NCBI GenBank assembly: GCA_964544655.1
Contig: CAZJCM010000003.1
Span: forward strand, 9,317-73,316
Length of the DNA stretch: 64,000 bases
Reading direction: 5' to 3'
Origin: an uncultured Sedimenticola sp.
GTDB taxonomy: Bacteria; Pseudomonadota; Gammaproteobacteria; Chromatiales; Chromatiaceae
Below, in pieces: positions 10,452-18,235 of the stretch. The notes below the pieces were generated by a model. The model did not search any database. It had not been told where the DNA came from and worked only from the letters and a program-made list of their open reading frames with translations. A program made the position numbers and the translations under genes. Position 1 is the first letter of the stretch. Each line of letters opens with the position of its first letter.

Positions 10452-10712
10452 ATGATCGACCCCAAGCTATTAGACGACCTGGCGAAACGGATGGCGGGGA
10501 ACATCCCCACCGGCCTCCAATCCCTGCAGGAAGAGCTGCAAAAGAACCTGCGCAGCGCCCTGGAGAGCGGGCTCTCCCACCTGGATCTGGTGACCCGGGA
10601 AGAGTTCGATGTCCAGAGCGCGGTGCTGGCCCGCACCCGGGAAAAGCTGGAGCGGCTGGAGCGGCAGGTGGCCGAACTCGAGGGAATGCTGGCCGCGAAT
10701 GAAGGCGAATGA
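10452..10712 (+). CDS. ubiK: Ubiquinone biosynthesis accessory factor UbiK (YqiC/BMFP family)
   Basis: 86-aa coiled-coil protein. 'LDDLAKRM...', 'LDLVTREEFDVQSAVLARTREKLERLE' is typical of this family. Confidence 0.75.
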   Translation: MIDPKLLDDLAKRMAGNIPTGLQSLQEELQKNLRSALESGLSHLDLVTREEFDVQSAVLARTREKLERLERQVAELEGMLAANEGE

Positions 10713-10943
10713 ACGCGGTTGTGTCTTCGGTCGTCTGATGAGTTTTACTTTGTCAGATTGGCCACTAAGCCGCTGATATCTGCTGTTTCTGGGGGAAATA
10801 TCCGGCGGGACGAATGCATGGATGCAGGAGGTAGAGCAACGCAGGAGCAGTTGCCGAGGGACGCCGCCGCCAAGCCTACAAGGATGTATTCACGGCGCTT
10901 TCCGGAAGCAACTGCCGATGTCAGCGACGATCCTCGACCATAT

Positions 10944-11011
10944 GGGACCGGAGTCACGCCACAGAAGCATCTTCTGTTGGCACGGCTTTGGGATAGCATG
11001 ACTCCGACCCC
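10944..11011. repeat. Inverted-repeat element, copy 1
   Basis: Arms GGGACCGGAGTCA (10944-10956) and TGACTCCGACCCC (10999-11011), 11 of 13 complementary, around a 42-nt spacer. The spacer contains the hairpin CAGAAG-cat-CTTCTG. Ends 57 nt before the comM ATG. Confidence 0.5.
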
Positions 11012-11068
11012 TCTTAAAAGATATACACGCCGGACGGAACCGGCCCGACGACACCAAGGAAGGCAATC

Positions 11069-12580
11069 ATGTCACTCGCCCTGCTCTACAGCCGCGCCCG
11101 CAACGGCGTGGATGCACCGCTGGTCACCGTCGAGGTGCACCTCTCCAATGGACTTCCCTCCCTCTCCATGGTCGGTCTCGCCGAGACTGCGGTAAAGGAG
11201 AGCAAGGACCGGGTGCGCGGCGCCCTGCTCAACAGCCATTTCGAGTTTCCCGCCCGGCGCATCACCATCAACCTGGCCCCCGCCGACCTGCCCAAGGAGG
11301 GGGGGCGCTTCGATCTGCCCATTGCCCTGGGCATCCTGGCCGCCTCGGGCCAGATCCCCGAAACGGCCCTCTCCGGCTACGAATTCCTCGGCGAACTGGC
11401 CCTGTGCGGGGAACTGCGGCCGGTGAAAGGGGTGCTGCCGGTCGCCCTCGCCGCCCGGCGGGCGGAGCGCGCCCTCATCCTGCCCGATGCCAATGCGGAC
11501 GAAGCCGCACGGGTGGAGGGGATGGCGGTCCATCCCTTTCACGACCTGCTGGAATTGTGCAACGCTCTGATCCAGGACGACCCGCTCCCCCGGCACCGAC
11601 CGGCAGAAATACCGCCGGCCGCTCCACTCCCCGACCTGTCCGAGGTAAAGGGTCAACCCCACGCCCGCCGCGCCCTGGAGATCGCCGCCGCCGGCGGCCA
11701 CAGCCTGCTGATGATCGGCCCGCCCGGCTCCGGCAAATCCATGCTGGCCACACGTCTGCCCGGCATCCTGCCCGCCATGACCGAACAGGAGGCCCAGGAA
11801 ACCGCCGCCGTGCATTCCATCAGCAGTGGCGGATTCCAGCCATCGATGTGGAAACTGCGCCCCTTCCGCGCACCGCACCATACCGCCTCCGGCGTCGCCC
11901 TGGTCGGCGGCGGCAGCAATCCGCGGCCGGGAGAGATCTCCCTGGCCCATCATGGGGTGCTGTTTCTCGATGAGCTGCCCGAATTCGACCGCCGAGTTCT
12001 GGAGGTGCTACGCGAACCCCTCGAGTGTGGCCGCATCACCATCTCCCGAGCCAACCGCCAGGCCGACTTTCCCGCCCGCTTCCAGCTGGTGGCGGCCATG
12101 AATCCCTGCCCCTGCGGCCATTTGGGAGATCTGGACAGCGGCCATGGCTGCCGCTGCACCGAGGACCAGATAGCACGCTATCGCGGCCGCATCTCGGGTC
12201 CGCTGCTGGACCGCATCGACATGCACATCGAGGTACCCAGGCTGCCCCCGGACGTGCTCGCCAGCACGGAGGGCGGACAAGCGGAATCGTCGGCACAGGT
12301 ACGGCAACGGGTGGAGGCGTGCCGCCAGCGCCAACTGGCCAGGAACGGCTGCCCCAACAGCCGGCTGAACGGCCATCGGCTGGAACAGGTCTGCCTGTTG
12401 CACGAAGGAGAGCGCCAACTCATGCTGCACGCCATGGAACAGCTCGGGCTCTCGGCCCGTGCCTACCACCGCATCCTGCGCCTGGCCCGCACCATCGCCG
12501 ACCTGGATCAGGCGGGCGACATCGGCAAACGCCACCTCAGCGAGGCGATCGGCTATCGAAGGCTGGATCGGCGCCGATAG
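11069..12580 (+). CDS. comM: Mg-chelatase-like AAA+ ATPase ComM/YifB
   Basis: 'NGLPSLSMVGLAETAVKESKDRVRGAL', 'ITINLAPADLPKEGGRFDLPIALGILAASG', Walker A 'MIGPPGSGKSML', 'GVLFLDELPEF'. Confidence 0.93.
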   Translation: MSLALLYSRARNGVDAPLVTVEVHLSNGLPSLSMVGLAETAVKESKDRVRGALLNSHFEFPARRITINLAPADLPKEGGRFDLPIALGILAASGQIPETALSGYEFLGELALCGELRPVKGVLPVALAARRAERALILPDANADEAARVEGMAVHPFHDLLELCNALIQDDPLPRHRPAEIPPAAPLPDLSEVKGQPHARRALEIAAAGGHSLLMIGPPGSGKSMLATRLPGILPAMTEQEAQETAAVHSISSGGFQPSMWKLRPFRAPHHTASGVALVGGGSNPRPGEISLAHHGVLFLDELPEFDRRVLEVLREPLECGRITISRANRQADFPARFQLVAAMNPCPCGHLGDLDSGHGCRCTEDQIARYRGRISGPLLDRIDMHIEVPRLPPDVLASTEGGQAESSAQVRQRVEACRQRQLARNGCPNSRLNGHRLEQVCLLHEGERQLMLHAMEQLGLSARAYHRILRLARTIADLDQAGDIGKRHLSEAIGYRRLDRRR

Positions 12581-12588
12581 ATACACCC

Positions 12589-12661
12589 GGGGCCGGAGTC
12601 AAACCGGCGCAAAAAACAGCAGCAAAAACCCACATGGCTGGAGCAGTTTGACTCCGACCCC
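12589..12661. repeat. Inverted-repeat element, copy 2
   Basis: Arms GGGGCCGGAGTCAAAC (12589-12604) and GTTTGACTCCGACCCC (12646-12661), 15 of 16 complementary, around a 41-nt A-rich spacer. Starts 9 nt after the comM stop, in the convergent gap with arnD. Its right arm shares TGACTCCGACCCCT with copy 1. Confidence 0.55.
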
Positions 12662-12667
12662 TGAGGA

Positions 12668-13570
12668 TTACAGCGCCACACTCTGCATGGCCAGGTGGCC
12701 AGATCGGCCTTCGACCTGGCCCCAGCCGATACGGTGGGTGGGGATCACCGACTGGTCGATGGCATTGAAGGTGTCCTCCAGGGCGCAGATCTCGCCCTCG
12801 AAGCTCTTCCACATCACCAGCAGCTTCTCCATCACCGGCAGCAGGCGCATCCCCTCCAGCTCGGCATGGAGGGTGTAGACGTGGCCCTGGGGCAGCAGGT
12901 GCAGGCTCTCGGCGTAGACATGCTCGTGCACGTTATCCTCGGTGATGCCATCGCGGCCGATCAGTTCGTCCAGGGTGGGGAGGGTGGTGGGGATCTGGGG
13001 GCAGCGGGAGACCACGCCCTGAAGCTCGGGGTAGAAGATGCTCTTGCCGCGCACGTCGCTGGCATAGCGGAAGCCCATCTCCTCCTCCAAGGCCAGCAGG
13101 TGCGGGTTGAGCTGCCAGCCGGCGGCGCCGTGGACCCGGGCAGGGCGGCCGAACACCTGTTGAAACGCCTCCACCGCCCGTTCCAGCTCGCGCCGGGTCC
13201 AGGCCGCATCCTTGTGGGCGACGAAATCCTGCCAGCGCACGTGATCGTAACAGTGGATGCCCACTTCGTGGCCCGCCTCGGCCACCGAGCGCATCACGTC
13301 ACCCGCCTTGCGGCCGATGTGTGGCCCCGGCAGCAGGGTGCCGTACATCAGGGTCTTGAGCCCGTAGTTGCTGGCCACCGAGGTGCGCCGCACCTTCTGC
13401 AGGAAACCGGGGCGGAAGACGCGCCGCAGGGCGCGGCCGGTGTGGTCCGGCCCCAAGCTGAACAGAAAGGTGGCGCGCACCTGGTATTCATCGAACAGGC
13501 GCAGCAGGGCGGGCACCCCTTCGAGGGTGCCACGGTAGGTGTCGACGTCTACTTTCAGGGCAATATGCAT
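12668..13570 (-). CDS. arnD: 4-deoxy-4-formamido-L-arabinose-phosphoundecaprenol deformylase
   Basis: Polysaccharide-deacetylase fold. 'IALKVDVDTYRGTLEGVP', 'ATFLFSLGPDHTGR', 'HEVGIHCYDH' match E. coli ArnD as recalled. Last gene of the arn operon. Confidence 0.85.
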   Translation of the reverse strand: MHIALKVDVDTYRGTLEGVPALLRLFDEYQVRATFLFSLGPDHTGRALRRVFRPGFLQKVRRTSVASNYGLKTLMYGTLLPGPHIGRKAGDVMRSVAEAGHEVGIHCYDHVRWQDFVAHKDAAWTRRELERAVEAFQQVFGRPARVHGAAGWQLNPHLLALEEEMGFRYASDVRGKSIFYPELQGVVSRCPQIPTTLPTLDELIGRDGITEDNVHEHVYAESLHLLPQGHVYTLHAELEGMRLLPVMEKLLVMWKSFEGEICALEDTFNAIDQSVIPTHRIGWGQVEGRSGHLAMQSVAL

Positions 13571-13576
13571 CTATTC

Positions 13577-13601
13577 AGGTTCTAGGTTCTAGGTTCTAGG
13601 T
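13577..13601. repeat. Heptamer tandem repeat (AGGTTCT x3.6)
   Basis: aggttct aggttct aggttct aggt, 7 nt from the arnD start codon. On the coding (minus) strand this gives ACCTAGA repeats with three TAG triplets and no obvious Shine-Dalgarno. Confidence 0.8.
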
Positions 13602-13606
13602 GCCTG

Positions 13607-13627
13607 GCACGAGGAACGGCCTCGTGC
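13607..13627 (-). other. Intercistronic stem-loop between arnA(DH) and arnD
   Basis: GCACGAGG-aacgg-CCTCGTGC: perfect 8-bp stem with a 5-nt loop, extendable by CCTG/CAGG with a 2-nt bulge. Confidence 0.6.
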
Positions 13628-13751
13628 TGCAGGATGGATAAGCGCAGCGCATCCACCGGCCGGAGGGCTAACGTACCCTCTTTGGCGGATGCGGCCCTTC
13701 GGACCTTGTCCACCCTGCGCGCCACACTGAAAAATCTCTGCATCCAAAAAA

Positions 13752-14795
13752 CTAATCGTCCAGCAACGCCCGCGCCTCGGCCACTTCGTGGCGGTAGGCC
13801 TCAAAGATCTTGCGCAGGGCATCGCGCACATCCACTTCCGGCTTCCAGCCCAGGTCTTCCATGGTGTTGCCGATGTAGGGCACCCGGGTCTGGATGTCCT
13901 GGTAGCCCTCACCGTAATACTTGCCGGAGGAGACCTCCTGCAGCTCGACCTTCTCCGCTCCGGCGGCGTATTCGGGAAACTCACGGGCGATCTCCAGCAT
14001 CAGCTCCGCCAGCTCCCGCACCGACAGGTCGTTGGCCGGGTTGCCGATGTTGTAGATGTTGCCCAGGGCGCAGCCCTCCTTGTTCTCGATGATCTTCATC
14101 AGTGCCCCGATGCCATCGCTGAAGTCGGTGAAGCTGCGCCGCTGGCTGCCGCCATCCACCAGCTTGATCGGCTCGCCGCGGGCAATGTGGCCAAGGAACT
14201 GGGTCACCACCCGGGAGCTGCCCTCCTTGGGGGTGTGGATGCTGTCCAGCCCCGGGCCGATCCAGTTGAAGGGGCGGAACAGGGTGTACTCCAGCCCCTG
14301 CTGCTGGCCGTAGGCGCTGATCACCCGGTCCAGCAGTTGCTTGGAGCAGGAGTAGATCCAGCGCGGCTTGGTAATCGGCCCCAGTACCAGGTTGGACTCG
14401 TAGGGGTGGAACTGGGCGTCGGCGGACATGCCGTAGACCTCCGAGGTGGAGGGGAACAGCACCCGCTTGCCATAGCGCACACAGGCGCGGATGATCGGCA
14501 GGTTGGCCTCGAAGTCCAGTTCGAACACGGAGAGGGGATCGGTGACGTAGGTGGCCGGGGTGGCGATGGCCACCAGGGGCAGGATCACGTCGCACTTCTT
14601 GACGTGGTACTCCACCCACTCGTGGTTGATGGTGATATCCCCCTCGAAGAAGCTGAAGCGGTCATGGTCCAGGAATGCCTGCACCCGCTCCGAGTGCATG
14701 TCCATGCCGTACACCTCCCAGTCGGTGGTGTCGAGGATACGCCGTGACAGGTGGTGGCCAATGAAACCGTTCACACCCAGGATCAGTACTTTCAT
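13752..14795 (-). CDS. arnA: UDP-glucuronate decarboxylase (ArnA C-terminal dehydrogenase-type domain as a separate protein)
   Basis: Start at 'MKVLILGVNGFIGHHL' (Rossmann GxxGxxG). 'STSEVYG', 'YSCSKQLLDR' (SDR YxxxK). Its ATG overlaps the stop of the formyltransferase gene (ATGA). The track ORF is N-terminally over-extended. Confidence 0.88.
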   Translation of the reverse strand: MKVLILGVNGFIGHHLSRRILDTTDWEVYGMDMHSERVQAFLDHDRFSFFEGDITINHEWVEYHVKKCDVILPLVAIATPATYVTDPLSVFELDFEANLPIIRACVRYGKRVLFPSTSEVYGMSADAQFHPYESNLVLGPITKPRWIYSCSKQLLDRVISAYGQQQGLEYTLFRPFNWIGPGLDSIHTPKEGSSRVVTQFLGHIARGEPIKLVDGGSQRRSFTDFSDGIGALMKIIENKEGCALGNIYNIGNPANDLSVRELAELMLEIAREFPEYAAGAEKVELQEVSSGKYYGEGYQDIQTRVPYIGNTMEDLGWKPEVDVRDALRKIFEAYRHEVAEARALLDD

Positions 14796-15742
14796 GGACT
14801 CTGCTTCTCCGTTGGATTGTTGGCCGGGAGGGACAGTTCCTGGCCGAACAGGGCATGAAATCCCTGCCGGTCCAGTGGCTTGCCGTCCAGCGCCAGCCGG
14901 GTCAGTTCGATTCGTCGGCCGTCCGCACAATCCGCGTAGCAGCGGCCCGAATCCCAGTAAAGCCGTGCATTATCGCCCGTAGCGGCCTGGTTACGCCAGT
15001 AACTGCCCAAAATCAGCAGCCGCCCCGCCGGCAGATCGGTGAAGGCGCCAGGATAGGGCGGTGCCACCGCCCGGATCAGGTTGTGGATCTGCCATGCGCC
15101 CCGGGACCAGTCGATGCGCCCATCCTCCGGCCGCCGGCCGCCGAAGTAGCTGCCGGCGCCCAGGTCCAGGGGGGTCTCCCGTACACTGCCGTCGAGCAGC
15201 CCCGGCAGGGCGCGTTCCAGCACCTGCTCGGCGGCGCAGACCAGTTTGCGAAACAGATCCAGGGCGGTGTCGTTGGGCAGGATCGCCACCCGCTGCTGGC
15301 CGATCAGATTGCCCGCATCCGGCTTGATCTCCATCCGATGAAGGCTGACCCCGGTCTCGGATTCACCGTTGACCAGGGCCCAGTTGACCGGCACCCGGCC
15401 GCGGTACCTGGGCAACAGGGAACCGTGCATGTTGAATGCGCCCTTGGGGGGAATGCCCAGCAGATCCGCCCGCAGCATGTGCCGATAGTAGAAAGAGAAG
15501 ATGAACGCTGGCGCCGCGGCCCGCACCCGTGCCACCACTTCGGGGGCGTTGGGATTGTCCGGGGTGATCACCGGGATGCCGGCATGGCCCGCCAGCTCCG
15601 CCACGCTGTCCCACCAGACGTCCTCACCGGGATTGTCCCGATGGGTCACCACCAGGGGCACCTCGACGCCGGCAGCCAGCAGGGCGGCGAGACAGCGCAC
15701 CCCCACCTGATGATAGGCGAAGACTACCGCCGATTGGCTCAT
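14792..15742 (-). CDS. arnA: UDP-4-amino-4-deoxy-L-arabinose formyltransferase (ArnA N-terminal domain as a separate protein)
   Basis: Formyltransferase motifs 'AFNMHGSLLPRYRGRVPVNWA' and 'TGVSLHRM....DAG'. ATGA overlap with arnC upstream. Confidence 0.85.
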   Translation of the reverse strand: MSQSAVVFAYHQVGVRCLAALLAAGVEVPLVVTHRDNPGEDVWWDSVAELAGHAGIPVITPDNPNAPEVVARVRAAAPAFIFSFYYRHMLRADLLGIPPKGAFNMHGSLLPRYRGRVPVNWALVNGESETGVSLHRMEIKPDAGNLIGQQRVAILPNDTALDLFRKLVCAAEQVLERALPGLLDGSVRETPLDLGAGSYFGGRRPEDGRIDWSRGAWQIHNLIRAVAPPYPGAFTDLPAGRLLILGSYWRNQAATGDNARLYWDSGRCYADCADGRRIELTRLALDGKPLDRQGFHALFGQELSLPANNPTEKQSP

Positions 15743-16743
15743 GGCTCATCTTTCCCGCCGCTGGCACCGGTGACATCCTGGCTCTCCCGGGACAGCACCG
15801 CCCGCACCAGATAACGTGGCCGGCCCCGGGCCTGGACGTAGATGCGTCCCACGTACTCCCCCAGCAGACCGATACCGAACAGCAGGATACCGATCAGGAA
15901 GAAGGCGATGGCAAACAGGGTGAACACCCCCTCCACTTCCGGTCCGACGATCAGGCGGCGCACCGCCAGGAAGATCACGAATAGGAAGGAGGCGATGGAG
16001 ATGCCGACCCCGATCAGGGAGAAGAGCTGCAGCGGCATCAGGGAGAAGCCGGTCATCAGATCGAAGTTGAGGTGGATCAGCTTGTACAGCGGGTACTTGG
16101 ACTCGCCGGCCGCCCGCTCCTCGTGCTCCACCACGACTTCCACCGGGTTGCCGGAGTAGAGATAAGCCAGGGCAGGAATGAAAGTGTTGGCCTCCTCCGA
16201 GTCCAGGATCGCCTCCACGATCTCCCGGTCGTAGCCGCGCAGCATGCAGCCCTGGTCGGTCATGTGGATGTTGGTGATGCGCTCGCGCAGCCGGTTCATC
16301 GCTTTGGAGGCCCAGTCCCGCCACAGGCTGTCCTGGCGCACCCGGCGGATACTGCCCACGTAGTCGTGACCCTGCTCCAGCTTCTCCAGCAGCTTGCCGA
16401 TCTCTTCCGGCGGATTCTGCAGGTCGGCATCCAGGGTCACCACGTAGCGCCCCTGGCACTGCTCGAAGCCGGCCATGATGGCGGCGTGCTGGCCGGCATT
16501 GGCGCGCAGACAGACCACTTTGGTCTCGTCCGGGCGCTGCTGGAACTGCTTGCGCAGCAGGGCCACCGAGCGGTCGCGGCTGCCGTCGTCGACGAAGATC
16601 ACCTCATAGGGGCGGTCCAGGGCGTCCAGGGCCGGATACAGCCGGGCGAACAGGGCCGGCAGCACCGCCTCCTCGTTATAGACCGGGATCACCACCGACA
16701 GCAGCGGCCCCTGATCCAAACCCAGTTCGGTCATGCCGGTCAT
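15739..16743 (-). CDS. arnC: Undecaprenyl-phosphate 4-deoxy-4-formamido-L-arabinose transferase (GT2)
   Basis: 'LSVVIPVYNEE', 'VIFVDDGSRD', 'TLDADLQNPPEE', two C-terminal TM helices. Confidence 0.9.
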   Translation of the reverse strand: MTGMTELGLDQGPLLSVVIPVYNEEAVLPALFARLYPALDALDRPYEVIFVDDGSRDRSVALLRKQFQQRPDETKVVCLRANAGQHAAIMAGFEQCQGRYVVTLDADLQNPPEEIGKLLEKLEQGHDYVGSIRRVRQDSLWRDWASKAMNRLRERITNIHMTDQGCMLRGYDREIVEAILDSEEANTFIPALAYLYSGNPVEVVVEHEERAAGESKYPLYKLIHLNFDLMTGFSLMPLQLFSLIGVGISIASFLFVIFLAVRRLIVGPEVEGVFTLFAIAFFLIGILLFGIGLLGEYVGRIYVQARGRPRYLVRAVLSRESQDVTGASGGKDEP

Positions 16744-17861
16744 GGGTTTTCTCCTTCAGTCAGCAGTTCAGACAGAGCCTCACAGACCCGCTCCAGATCA
16801 CCATCGGTCATGGCCGGGAACAGGGGCAGGGTGAGAGTCTGTTCGCCGATGCGCTCCGCATGGGGAAAATCCCCGGGCCCATAACCGTAGCTCCGGTAGA
16901 GCGAGAACAGGTGCATGGCCGGATAGTGAATGCCCACTCCGACCCCTTTTTTCGCCAACCGTTCCACGAACGTCCGGCGGTCGCAGCCCAGGGCAGCGAA
17001 ATCGATACAGACACAGAACATATGCCAGCTGTGGCCGGGCACATCCTCGGGCAGCAGCAGCGCCGGATGGCGCGGCAGCCGCGCCAGGTAATGCAGAGCC
17101 AGCTCCCGCCGGCGCCGGTTGAAACCATCCAGCCGGCCCAGCTGGACCAGGCCGATGGCGGCGTTCACATCGGGCAGGTTCATCTTGCCGCCCCACTCCG
17201 GCACATCCATGGCGCCGTCCGCGGCGCGCTCGATGCCGTGAAAGCGGATACGTTCCAGGCGCCGCAGCAGCCGCCGGTCGCTGCAGGCCACCGCCCCGCC
17301 TTCGATAGTGGTCATGTTCTTGTTGGGATGAAAACTGAAGCAGACCGGATTACCGGCGGCTCCCACCCGGTGACCGCCCTCCGAACTGCCGATGGCCTGG
17401 GCCGCATCCTCGATCAACAGCAGCCGGCGCTGCGCCGCCAGTGCCCGCAGCGGCGCCATCTCCGCCGGCCGACCGGCAAAATGGACCGGCATGATGGCGC
17501 GGGTCCTGGGGGTGAGTGCGGCCGTCACCCCATCGATGGAGAGATTGCGGCTCACCGGGTCCACATCCACAAACACCGGCTCCGCCCCCACCCGCACCAC
17601 CACATTGGCGCTGGCGGTGAAACTCATGGCCGGGACGACCACCTGATCGCCGGGGCCCACGCCGGCGGCGGTGAGGGCGGCCTCCAGGGCGCTGGTGCCC
17701 GAGTTGAACAGGCGCACCGAGACGCCACCGCCGATATAATCGGCCAGCGCCTGCTCCAGGGCAGCCACCTTGGGGCCGGTGGCGAGCCAGCCGGAGGCCA
17801 GCACCTCGGCCGCCGCCTGCTGCTCCTGATCACCAATGGAAGGACAGGTAAAAGGCAGCAT
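16740..17861 (-). CDS. arnB: UDP-4-amino-4-deoxy-L-arabinose--oxoglutarate aminotransferase (DegT/DnrJ/EryC1 family)
   Basis: 'PFTCPSIGDQEQQAA', 'FNSGTSALEAAL', 'SFHPNKNMTTIEGG' (PLP lysine region). ATG at 17861 is preceded by GGAG; the track start at 17867 is a TTG. Confidence 0.88.
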   Translation of the reverse strand: MLPFTCPSIGDQEQQAAAEVLASGWLATGPKVAALEQALADYIGGGVSVRLFNSGTSALEAALTAAGVGPGDQVVVPAMSFTASANVVVRVGAEPVFVDVDPVSRNLSIDGVTAALTPRTRAIMPVHFAGRPAEMAPLRALAAQRRLLLIEDAAQAIGSSEGGHRVGAAGNPVCFSFHPNKNMTTIEGGAVACSDRRLLRRLERIRFHGIERAADGAMDVPEWGGKMNLPDVNAAIGLVQLGRLDGFNRRRRELALHYLARLPRHPALLLPEDVPGHSWHMFCVCIDFAALGCDRRTFVERLAKKGVGVGIHYPAMHLFSLYRSYGYGPGDFPHAERIGEQTLTLPLFPAMTDGDLERVCEALSELLTEGENP

Positions 17862-17863
17862 GA

Positions 17864-18235
17864 TCAACTCCGCGCAAGAATGAAGACACCCAGGATGATG
17901 ATACCGATGCCACCCAGGCGGGCCAGGGTGAGGGCCTCACCGAACAGGGCCCAGGCGGCGAAGGCATTGACCACGTAACCGATGGAGAGCATCGGATAGG
18001 CGATGCTCACATCCACCCTGGACAGGGCCAGGATCCACACCACCACGCTGATGCCGTAACAAAACAGCCCCAGCCAGAGCCAGGGCTCGGCCAGCAGCCG
18101 CTGGGCCACACCGATGGAGCCAGACAGGGCCAGGCCGATCTCGCCCATATCGCGCACACTCGCCTTCAGCGCCAGCTGGGCCACTGCGTTCAACAGCACC
18201 CCGGTCAGAATCAGGGCAAAGCTCGACAGGTTCAT
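17864..18235 (-). CDS. arnE: ArnE/ArnF-like small (SMR/EamA-type) undecaprenyl-phosphate-L-Ara4N flippase subunit
   Basis: 123 aa with four hydrophobic helices, located between arnT and arnB. ATGA overlap with arnT. Only one such gene is present. Confidence 0.7.
   Translation of the reverse strand: MNLSSFALILTGVLLNAVAQLALKASVRDMGEIGLALSGSIGVAQRLLAEPWLWLGLFCYGISVVVWILALSRVDVSIAYPMLSIGYVVNAFAAWALFGEALTLARLGGIGIIILGVFILARS

Noticed and set aside
10736-10743. CUGAUGAG, the hammerhead ribozyme core string
   Set aside because: I found no flanking helices I, II or III and no correctly placed GAAA or cleavage triplet. A 7-8-mer like this is expected several times by chance in 64 kb.
10719-11195. 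158-aa ORF spanning the ubiK-comM gap and the comM start
   Set aside because: It is out of frame with comM and overlaps it, and has no SD or motifs. The region is better explained as non-coding with inverted repeats.
13577-13601. Possible CRISPR or minisatellite
   Set aside because: There are only 3.6 copies of a 7-mer with no spacers. It is not a CRISPR array and is reported as a short tandem repeat instead.
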